NCBI GenBank assembly: GCA_016933615.1
Contig: JAFGAO010000027.1
Location: 66,862 to 130,861 of the forward strand
Direction: 5' to 3'
Length of the DNA: 64,000 bases
Origin: Acidobacteriota bacterium
GTDB lineage: Bacteria; Acidobacteriota; UBA6911
Position numbers and translations under genes: made by a program
Part shown: positions 27,987-35,643 of the stretch, one piece after another
Position numbering within the stretch: the stretch's first letter is position 1
Layout: every line of letters begins with the position of its first letter
The notes under the pieces: model-generated
Seen by the model: the letters and a program-made list of their open reading frames with translations, nothing else
Database searches by the model: none
What the model was told of the DNA's origin: nothing

Positions 27987-28245
27987 ACCCCGACCCGGAA
28001 TCGCCGCGGAAATGCCGGCAAGGACGGCGCGCGCTGCGGGCCGCCTGCGGATCGGCGTCTTTGGCGCATTCGGCGGTAGAAATCTTTCGGGGACTCGGCG
28101 GATGAAAAATGAAGCCGTAATTCGGTCTCATCCTGTTCCAGTTTATCGTTCGAAGAGGCAGGATCCGTCGCCGGGAATTATCACCCGTCCGATTATTTCC
28201 CGCACCGCCGGCAACCCGCAGCGGAACTCCCGCGTGAAAAGCGGG

Positions 28246-29385
28246 CTAGACAAATTGCTGGAAAATCTCGTTCGACAGAAGCATGCCCTCCGGGGTAAGC
28301 CTGACGTCGGAACCTTCCCACACAACGAAGCCCTCGTCTCCTAATTCCCGCAGAAAGTTCTCGTATTCCCGCAAGCGGTCGCGGCTGTGCGCGCGCTCCA
28401 GGTCGGTCCAGCGAACCCCTTTATTGAGGCGCAATCCCAAAAACAGCTTTTCACCCAGAATTTCTTCCTCTTCCAGGGTTTTTCGCCACTGTACGGGAAG
28501 GCAGGATGCGCGAAGCGCCTGCAAATACCTTTCCATGCCGCGGAAATTCCCATGCCTGCTATGGCCGTCAAAGGAATGGCTGGCAAGTCCGAATCCGACA
28601 ACTGGCTCGCGGGTCCAGTATTTCAGATTATGCCGGCAGGCGCATCCCGGCTTCGCAAAATTGCTGATCTCGTACTGAAGGTATCCGTAAGATTCCAGGA
28701 TGCCAATGGTGTCCAGGTATAATCCTGCCACCGCGTCATCCTCGGCGACGGCGAGGGAGCCTTCGGAGATCGCTGCGGAAAGAGCGCAGGGCTCATCGAG
28801 GTCCAGCATGTAGACGGAAACGTGGGTAAATCCCGCATTGGGTATCCGCTCAAGTCCTGCCCGCCAGCTTTCGGCGGTCTGCAGCGGAATTCCAAGAAGC
28901 AAATCCAGATTGATATTCGTGAATCCGGCCGTCTTCAGCGTTTCGACGGATTCTGCGATGGAATCCATCCTGTGCGCTCGCCCCAGAGCTTCGAGTTCCC
29001 TGTCATGGAACGACTGCACGCCCAGGGAAATCCTGTTTACGCCGGAATTCCGGTACGCTGTCGTTTTATCGCACCGGAGCGTATCGGGATTGGCTTCCAG
29101 GGAAATCTCACAATCTTCCGTAACGGCAAAATGATCCCGGCAGGCATTCAATATTTCTTCGATGTCTCGGGGATCCAAAAGGCTCGGAGTTCCCCCTCCA
29201 AAATAGATGGAATCGACTTCAACCTCTTTTCCGAGGCTCTGCGCGTACAGGGCGATTTCCTTTACCAGGCTTGCCCCGTATTTTTCTATTTTTCCCTCAT
29301 CGTAGGGAACGGTAACAAAATGGCAGTATGCGCAGCTCCTACTGCAGAAAGGGATATGGATATATATGCCTGTAACCAATCGCAA
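28246..29385 (-). CDS. hemW: Radical SAM heme chaperone HemW (HemN-like, oxygen-independent coproporphyrinogen III oxidase family)
   Basis: The CxxxCxxC radical SAM motif (CSRSCAYCHF) and the HemN C-terminal domain are present, in about 380 aa. Confidence 0.85.
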   Translation of the reverse strand: MRLVTGIYIHIPFCSRSCAYCHFVTVPYDEGKIEKYGASLVKEIALYAQSLGKEVEVDSIYFGGGTPSLLDPRDIEEILNACRDHFAVTEDCEISLEANPDTLRCDKTTAYRNSGVNRISLGVQSFHDRELEALGRAHRMDSIAESVETLKTAGFTNINLDLLLGIPLQTAESWRAGLERIPNAGFTHVSVYMLDLDEPCALSAAISEGSLAVAEDDAVAGLYLDTIGILESYGYLQYEISNFAKPGCACRHNLKYWTREPVVGFGLASHSFDGHSRHGNFRGMERYLQALRASCLPVQWRKTLEEEEILGEKLFLGLRLNKGVRWTDLERAHSRDRLREYENFLRELGDEGFVVWEGSDVRLTPEGMLLSNEIFQQFV

Positions 29386-29564
29386 TGAACCGTCTTTAAA
29401 GGGCCGACCCAGTGATGTTGACTTAAGCGGGCAACCGCCTTTTCCAATGGAATATCGAAATTGAAATTCGACATTTTGCTGCAGAAATCGAATTTTGGTA
29501 AGCTTTAATCACTGCTTTGCGCTTCTCAATTATCTTATGTCAACAGCATTGTGGCCGCCCCGGA

Positions 29565-30170
29565 TCAGGAAGAGGCAGCGCCTAAAATGGCATTCAGCGT
29601 CGTAAACTCCACGCCCGCCCGGAGCAGATTGTCCAGAGCCACTTTTTCCGTCTTTGATGCAAGGGCTTTTACGGCGTCGCTGAGCAGAACCGTGTGCACC
29701 CCGTTGCGCTGGAGTCCGAGGCAGGCCGATTGTACGCAAAATTCCGTGGCGACGCCGAATACAACCGCCCGCGGAGGCAGAACCCGCAGCAGGCGCCCGG
29801 TGACGGGGTTGCTGAATACGTCAAAAGCTTGTTTTTCCACGATGATCTGCAGGTGCTTTTTCACATCCTCCGCCAGATTCCGGCCGGACGGCCGGTTTTT
29901 CAATACAAGGGGATGTGGCAGGAGGGTTTCCTCCAGCTTGCGCTGGCCCTCTGTCCCTTCTATACAATGAGGCGGGAATTGCTCGAATTCGGGATCGTCC
30001 GGAGGATGCGCATCGGCTGAAGAAAGAATATGCACGCGGTTTTTTCTGGCAAAGTCAAACAGAAGCCTCAATTTAGGAATGAGCTTCTCGGCGCCAGGGA
30101 CGTACAGGGCGCCCGCCGGGAGCATGAAATCCCTTTGGGTGTCGATATCCGCAAAAAATATCCTGTCCAT
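29565..30170 (-). CDS. Isochorismatase-family cysteine hydrolase, nicotinamidase/pyrazinamidase (PncA)-like
   Basis: FADIDTQRDFMLPAGALYVPGA...SSADAHPPDDPEF...PPHCIEGTEGQ...VVFGVATEFCVQ contains the catalytic Cys and the Asp/Lys context of PncA-like enzymes. Confidence 0.75.
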   Translation of the reverse strand: MDRIFFADIDTQRDFMLPAGALYVPGAEKLIPKLRLLFDFARKNRVHILSSADAHPPDDPEFEQFPPHCIEGTEGQRKLEETLLPHPLVLKNRPSGRNLAEDVKKHLQIIVEKQAFDVFSNPVTGRLLRVLPPRAVVFGVATEFCVQSACLGLQRNGVHTVLLSDAVKALASKTEKVALDNLLRAGVEFTTLNAILGAASS

Positions 30171-30173
30171 GAC

Positions 30174-31169
30174 TTATTTATAATAATCAACAATGCGCCC
30201 GTCTGAAAGGCCGTTTGTTTCGACACGATGCAGAATCTCGTCCAGAGGGCGTATTCCCGATTGTGCGCCCAGATAGCGGCAGCTCAATCCGGCAGCGGCG
30301 TTGGAGAATGCCATGATCCGGTTGAGGGGCCAGTTCTGCAGCAGTCCGTAGATAAATCCTCCATGGAAAACATCCCCGGCTCCCGTTGTATCCGCAGCCC
30401 GGACTTGGATGCCGGGGAAGACAAGGCTTTCGCCCGCAACGCAGGCAATCGCTCCCCCCGCACCCGCAGTCATGACCAGGAATCCTTCGAAGGAATCGAC
30501 CAGAGCTTGAAACGATCCATGAACATCCGCAATTCCCGTGTATTCGCAACAGAAATCCGAGCTGGCGACGAGAAAGTCGACATTTTTTATCAGCGCATCG
30601 CAATCCTCGCCGACCCTGTCCAGATCAATACAGACGGGTATGCCCCTGGCCCGGCATGCCGACGCGGCCGTGACCGCCGCCCGGGAATCGTATCCGTCGA
30701 GGTGCAATATTTTTCCGGAACAGATTTTCCCCAGATCCAGTTCGGCCCCTTTAAAATTCAATTTGTCATTTCTCTGCCAGAGAATGGTTCGCGACCCGCT
30801 TCGGCTGTCCACAATAATGAAGGCGGACTGTGTGGGCGTGTTTTTTTCGATCAACACAGAGGAGACATCCAGGGACTCGGATTCAAAGCTCTTCAGAAAC
30901 ATCCGGCCCTCTCCGTCATCCCCGACCTTTCCGATATAGTGCGCGCGGCAGCCCATTTTTAAAAGAAACAGAATCGCGGTAGCCACCTGCCCTCCGGGCA
31001 ACTTCTTGTATTGCAGCATTCCGGTTTTTGTATCGATTCCGGGAAAATCGGGCACAACACAGAGATGATCGACCGAATTCACTCCAAATCCGACTGCGTC
31101 GTATTTCTTCCCCTCGGGAAAAGGCACATCAAAGGTGTCCGATGGCGACTTCAGCTTTTTTAACCTCAT
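30174..31169 (-). CDS. PfkB family carbohydrate/nucleoside kinase (second copy)
   Basis: The motifs GFGVNSVDHLCVV...GGQVATAI and TTGAGDVFHGGFIYGL are present. The gene lies 3 nt downstream of the nicotinamidase-like gene. Confidence 0.8.
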   Translation of the reverse strand: MRLKKLKSPSDTFDVPFPEGKKYDAVGFGVNSVDHLCVVPDFPGIDTKTGMLQYKKLPGGQVATAILFLLKMGCRAHYIGKVGDDGEGRMFLKSFESESLDVSSVLIEKNTPTQSAFIIVDSRSGSRTILWQRNDKLNFKGAELDLGKICSGKILHLDGYDSRAAVTAASACRARGIPVCIDLDRVGEDCDALIKNVDFLVASSDFCCEYTGIADVHGSFQALVDSFEGFLVMTAGAGGAIACVAGESLVFPGIQVRAADTTGAGDVFHGGFIYGLLQNWPLNRIMAFSNAAAGLSCRYLGAQSGIRPLDEILHRVETNGLSDGRIVDYYK

Positions 31170-31268
31170 AAGGGCATATTCCCCCCTGTCCGCTGCCGAC
31201 CGGAGCCGTGGCGGAATTCGGACCTACCGCATCCTACAGCCGAAACAGGTGCAATCACAACCGCATAT

Positions 31269-31919
31269 TCACGCGCCGTTAAGCCTTCCGGCATCGGAGA
31301 AGCTGAAATAACCGCCATGTCCGAACACGATATGATCCAGCACCCTGATGCCCAGGATCTGCCCCGCACGGAAGAGGCGGTGGGTGCACTCCTCATCCTC
31401 CCGGCTGGGAGCAGGATCCCCGGAAGGATGGTTGTGGAGGAACACGAGCGCGGCGGCGCTGTCCCGAACGGCCGGAGCGAAAACTTCCCTTGGATGCACA
31501 ACCGATGCATTCAGGCTCCCTATCGATACAAGCACTTCCCGAATCAGCCTGTTTTTGGAGTTAAGCTGAAGGGAGTAAAAATGTTCCCTGCTGCAGGAAT
31601 AAAAACGGGCCCGGTATCTTTGAAAAAGATCCTGACTGTTCGAAAAACGCTCCCCGGCGCGGAAAGGCTCGGAACAAACCCTGCGGCCCAGCTTTACGGC
31701 ATAATAAAGCGATCTTGCCTGGTTGGGGGAAATCTTGCCGGCTCTGCGGATTTCCTCCACCGATGCACCCGCTATTTTCTGGGCCGATCCGAAATGTAGC
31801 AGCAGACGCCTGGAGGCCCTGTGGGCAGCTGTGGTATCGCCCCCGCGGCCAAGAAGATTGGACATCAAATCCAGGATATCCCGCCCGTTGTCCCGGGAAA
31901 GCTCTTCGCGCCTTTCCAT
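31269..31919 (-). CDS. radC: RadC-like JAB domain protein (UPF0758)
   Basis: An HhH N-terminus is followed by the JAMM motif (HNHPSGDPAPSREDEECTHRL). Confidence 0.85.
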   Translation of the reverse strand: MERREELSRDNGRDILDLMSNLLGRGGDTTAAHRASRRLLLHFGSAQKIAGASVEEIRRAGKISPNQARSLYYAVKLGRRVCSEPFRAGERFSNSQDLFQRYRARFYSCSREHFYSLQLNSKNRLIREVLVSIGSLNASVVHPREVFAPAVRDSAAALVFLHNHPSGDPAPSREDEECTHRLFRAGQILGIRVLDHIVFGHGGYFSFSDAGRLNGA

Positions 31920-32115
31920 AACCCTCCCCCAGCAACCGTTTTCCGAATTCAGCTCTTAATCCCGTTTAAATTAAAATGACCTTGAGCGGATATTCGCCAA
32001 AAAATTCGGCATGAAAATGCAGGGAATGTTTTCTGGAAACCCCGGTGGGGAAAAAAAAAGGACAAGCAGGCTGAAGCGGCGGCTTGCGCGGGAAATGTGA
32101 AAAGACCGCGATCGG

Positions 32116-32859
32116 CTATATGGCCAAACCGCCATCGGCCTGGACGACCTGGCCCGTTATGTAGCGTGCGTCGGCGGAAAGAAGAAATGCGGCTATGGAG
32201 GCGATCTCCTCAGCATTGCCGAAACGTCCCAGAGGTACCTGCCTCAAAATCTCGGATTTGTAATCCTCGGGCAAATTCCCCGTCATTTCCGTTTCGATGA
32301 ATCCCAGCGCCAGGGCGTTGACGGTGATATTGCGCCCGGCGAATTCTCTGGCCAGGGCTTTGGTCAATCCGATCAGCCCTGCCTTGGAAGCGGAATAGTT
32401 TACCTGACCGCTCATTCCATGGATTCCGCTGACCGATGTGATATTCAAAATGGATCCCGAGCGCGCCTTCAGCATGGCCGCGGCAGCGGCCTTGGATAGG
32501 TTGAACGCGCCCTTCAGGTTGATATCGATGACGTCATCCCAGTCCTGCTCTTTCATTCTCAGCAGCAGCGTATCCCGGACGATACCGGCGTTGTTGACAA
32601 GAAAATCAATGGAGCCGAACCTCTCTTTCACTTCCCGCACCATTCCGGCGACGGCCGAATGGTGCGCCACGTTCAATTCGAAAGCGAGGGCCCCGCACCC
32701 CATTTTCGAAATCTCCGAAACGAGAGACGCCGCCGAATCCCGGCTCCGGACGTAATTAAAGGCGATATTGCAGCCGCGTCGAGCCAGCTCCAGACTGATG
32801 GCGCGTCCGATGCCCCGGGTGCCTCCGGAAATTATGGCCGTGCGTCCCTGAAAACTCAT
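32116..32859 (-). CDS. fabG: 3-oxoacyl-[acyl-carrier-protein] reductase FabG (SDR family)
   Basis: The Rossmann motif GGTRGIGRAI, the NNAG motif and the catalytic YSASK are present, in 247 aa. Confidence 0.8.
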   Translation of the reverse strand: MSFQGRTAIISGGTRGIGRAISLELARRGCNIAFNYVRSRDSAASLVSEISKMGCGALAFELNVAHHSAVAGMVREVKERFGSIDFLVNNAGIVRDTLLLRMKEQDWDDVIDINLKGAFNLSKAAAAAMLKARSGSILNITSVSGIHGMSGQVNYSASKAGLIGLTKALAREFAGRNITVNALALGFIETEMTGNLPEDYKSEILRQVPLGRFGNAEEIASIAAFLLSADARYITGQVVQADGGLAI

Positions 32860-32916
32860 AGGCTTCTTTCAGTTCCCTGGCGGACGAATGCCGCGCAATC
32901 CGCCGCGGCGGTCTCC

Positions 32917-33090
32917 CTAAAACGGGAAGGGGAACATCAGCCAGCTGGCCAGTACCGACAGGACAACAAAAGCGCCCAACAACGACAAAAAATACCGGGT
33001 GCGCTCTTTCACGCTCTTTTTTGCGATGAAGGAAAGGACAAGGGATGTACAAACACTGAAAACCAGCATCAGAACAAAATGATTTTTCAT
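32917..33090 (-). CDS. Small hydrophobic protein (57 aa, 2 predicted TM helices)
   Basis: An internal Met (MKNHFVLMLVFSVCTSLVLSF...) starts a hydrophobic ORF. Its ATG overlaps the stop of the upstream membrane protein (ATGA). The longer ORF that runs back to 33432 is Arg-rich and implausible. Confidence 0.35.
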   Translation of the reverse strand: MKNHFVLMLVFSVCTSLVLSFIAKKSVKERTRYFLSLLGAFVVLSVLASWLMFPFPF

Positions 33091-33515
33091 TGCTTTCGGC
33101 CCATGGCGATGTCGAAGACATCCATAACGACCAGCATGTTCAGAAGACCCGCGACATAGAGGAACACGTTGGCGTAGTCGTATGTGTAGGAGGTTGGATT
33201 TCCCTTTCCGAGACCGCCGAGAAGGGCGATCCAGTAAAACAGGCCGGCGCCGGCGTCGGCAAAGAATTTCAGCAGCGCCGTAACGGTCTGGATTGCCGGA
33301 CTGAATAATGTGCCCTGCAGGTAGAGCCCCATCCCGAACAGGCATGCAATGCTGAACAAAAAAACCAGGGCGCGGTCCCACTTGCCCAAAATGGCGTGCC
33401 CCAGTCCGGGTATCAAGGCTCCGGCAATGCACACGCCGACGGTCCTGGGCGAAATGTCCGCAGCGCTCTCCGCCTGGTTGCGAACTTCAGCTGTCGGTTC
33501 CCGCTGCATTTTCAT
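33087..33515 (-). CDS. Membrane protein (142 aa, about 4 TM), uncharacterised
   Basis: Hydrophobic segments include IPGLGHAILGKW. The gene faces pilT across a long intergenic region. Confidence 0.5.
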   Translation of the reverse strand: MKMQREPTAEVRNQAESAADISPRTVGVCIAGALIPGLGHAILGKWDRALVFLFSIACLFGMGLYLQGTLFSPAIQTVTALLKFFADAGAGLFYWIALLGGLGKGNPTSYTYDYANVFLYVAGLLNMLVVMDVFDIAMGRKQ

Positions 33516-33909
33516 AGGGTAGGAATGTTACGGAAATGGATTTGGTCCGTCAAGGTGAAAGACTCCCGCCGGTCCGGAATACAAAATCCGGCCGGCCGGA
33601 AGTTTCAGGAGCATTTTTTGGAATCAGAGACTATCGTTTGCCTCCTTTGAAGCCGATATCTAAAGCGAGGGTGTGTTTCCACTTTTGCCCGTGAGTGGTG
33701 GCTCTATGCCGCCGAAAACCGGCTTTATCGCGCGGAGAAGAGGCCGGAGAAATTATCACGGGTTCAATCTCTATTCGGCTCCGTGGGGACTGCCTGGAGG
33801 CCCTGAAGCACGCCTGATTTTTTATGGACCGGGAGCAGGGATCCCCATGGATCGGCCCTGTCCCATCCGATGGCCTCCTTGTTCCCCGACGGCGCGACAC
33901 GGGACTCTT

Positions 33910-35028
33910 ATGAACCTCGATACACTGCTTCGCACCATGGTCAACAAGGGCGCCTCGGATATGCACCTGAAAGTGGGATGCCTTCCCCACATTCGCATAA
34001 ACGGAGAACTGGTGCCTCTCGGGGACCATGCAAAACTGGAAAAGGAAGAGTGCCTCATGATGGCATTTTCGGTCATGAACAACAGGCAGAAGGAACGCTT
34101 CCGGGACTCGAGCGAAGTGGATGTCGGCTACGGCGTGCGCGGGTTGGGCCGTTTTCGGATGAACATTTTCCAGCAGCGCGGGAACGTTTCCCTCGCCATC
34201 CGCGCCATACCCAGCAACATCATGGCATTCAGCGAGCTGTGCCTGCCGAAAGTCGTGGAAAAAATTGCGCGCGAACCCAGAGGGCTGATCCTGGTCACCG
34301 GCACGACGGGATCGGGAAAATCGACGACCATCGCCTCGATGCTGAACTATATAAACCAGAACATGATGCGGCTCATCATCACTATCGAAGACCCCATAGA
34401 ATTCCTCTATACCGATAAATTGAGCCTGATCAGCCAGAGGGAAATCAGCGTGGACGCCGTCGATTTCGCGTCTTCCCTTCGCAGCTCCCTGCGCCAGGAT
34501 CCCGACGTCATCCTGGTCGGAGAAATGCGCGACCTGGAAACAATCGAAACCGCCCTGCTTGCGGCCGAAACCGGCCACCTGGTGTTCAGCACGCTCCACA
34601 CAATGGACGCCGCAGAAACCATCAACAGAATCACGACCGTATTTCCCAACCATCAACAGCGCCAGATACGCCTTCAGCTCGCCATGGTGCTCCGGGCCGT
34701 GATCTCCATGCGTCTGATCCGGAGATCCGACGGCGCCGGGCGCATCCCGGCTATTGAAATTATGCGTGTCACGGAGTATATCCGTAACTGCATCCTGGAT
34801 CCTGAAAAAGTAAAACTGTTCCGGGAGGCGATCGCGGCCGGCACGTCCGAATACGGCATGCAGACTTTCGACCAGTCGATCTACGAGCATTACAAGGCGG
34901 AACGCATAACCCTGGAAGACGCGCTCAACTATTCGACCAATCCCGAGGAGTTCAAGCTTCGGGTCCAGGGCATATACACGACGAAGGACGCGGCGATTGA
35001 GTCGATGGAGCTGGAAATGATCAAATAG
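33910..35028 (+). CDS. pilT: Type IV pilus retraction ATPase PilT
   Basis: The Walker A (VTGTTGSGKSTT), the Asp box, Walker B (ILVGEMRD) and His box (AAETGHLVFSTLHT) are all present, and the protein resembles PilT throughout. ATG 33910 is chosen, although the ORF extends upstream to 33673. Confidence 0.85.
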   Translation: MNLDTLLRTMVNKGASDMHLKVGCLPHIRINGELVPLGDHAKLEKEECLMMAFSVMNNRQKERFRDSSEVDVGYGVRGLGRFRMNIFQQRGNVSLAIRAIPSNIMAFSELCLPKVVEKIAREPRGLILVTGTTGSGKSTTIASMLNYINQNMMRLIITIEDPIEFLYTDKLSLISQREISVDAVDFASSLRSSLRQDPDVILVGEMRDLETIETALLAAETGHLVFSTLHTMDAAETINRITTVFPNHQQRQIRLQLAMVLRAVISMRLIRRSDGAGRIPAIEIMRVTEYIRNCILDPEKVKLFREAIAAGTSEYGMQTFDQSIYEHYKAERITLEDALNYSTNPEEFKLRVQGIYTTKDAAIESMELEMIK

Positions 35029-35075
35029 CCGCCGCATGCGCCCTGCCGTTAGACGGACGTAGCAAATCAAATCGC

Positions 35076-35630
35076 ATGCCCGGATCCGAACCTGCCGCGG
35101 TCGAAGCGACAACAGTATTTTTTGAAACGCAACAGGGAATTCCGGTGGACTCGGATCTTCAAAAAAGACTGCGGAAAAAAGCCGGAATCCTTCTCGCGCG
35201 CCGCGCATACAGCAGGGGGGAAATGCGTCAAAAGCTCCTCGAAATGGCGGAGCAATCCCTGGTGGAAACCGTTCTCGACCGTCTCGAGGAGCTCGACCTT
35301 CTCAACGACCGGGATTACGCGTATAATTTTTCACTTTACCGGGTCGGCCGGGAGGGTTGGGGCCCCGGAAAAATTCGGGATGCCCTCCAGCGGCGCCATG
35401 TGTCGGACCCGGACATAGCCGCCGCGCTCGACCGGGTTCGTTCCCTGGTAGGCGATAGTTACGCCCTGGAGGAATATTTAAAGAGGCATTTTGCCAAGAG
35501 AAGCATGCCGGAGGATTCCAGGGGTGTCCGCAATCTCGTGAATCATCTGCACCGCCGGGGATATGGTCGAGACACCATCGTGGACGTTTTGAAACGGAAG
35601 CTTCCGGCGGAAATGGCGCGGCATTTATAA
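35076..35630 (+). CDS. recX: Regulatory protein RecX
   Basis: This is a 184 aa helical-repeat protein located immediately upstream of alaS, as in the conserved recA-recX-alaS arrangement. Confidence 0.8.
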   Translation: MPGSEPAAVEATTVFFETQQGIPVDSDLQKRLRKKAGILLARRAYSRGEMRQKLLEMAEQSLVETVLDRLEELDLLNDRDYAYNFSLYRVGREGWGPGKIRDALQRRHVSDPDIAAALDRVRSLVGDSYALEEYLKRHFAKRSMPEDSRGVRNLVNHLHRRGYGRDTIVDVLKRKLPAEMARHL

Positions 35631-35643
35631 ACGGGAGAGTGCA

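Noticed and set aside
28012-28344. 110 aa ORF in the hemW-mtnP gap
   Set aside because: Its composition is Arg/Gly/Pro-dominated and it has no SD. The region is better explained as a noncoding leader.
32917-33432. Full-length 171 aa ORF overlapping the 142 aa membrane protein in another frame
   Set aside because: The N-terminal 110 aa is Arg-rich and out of frame with a credible membrane protein on the same strand. Only the C-terminal 57 aa hydrophobic segment, which starts at an internal ATG, is retained as a candidate.
33631-35208. 525 aa ORF antisense to pilT and recX
   Set aside because: It is antisense to two conserved genes and has an Arg/His/Gly-rich composition.
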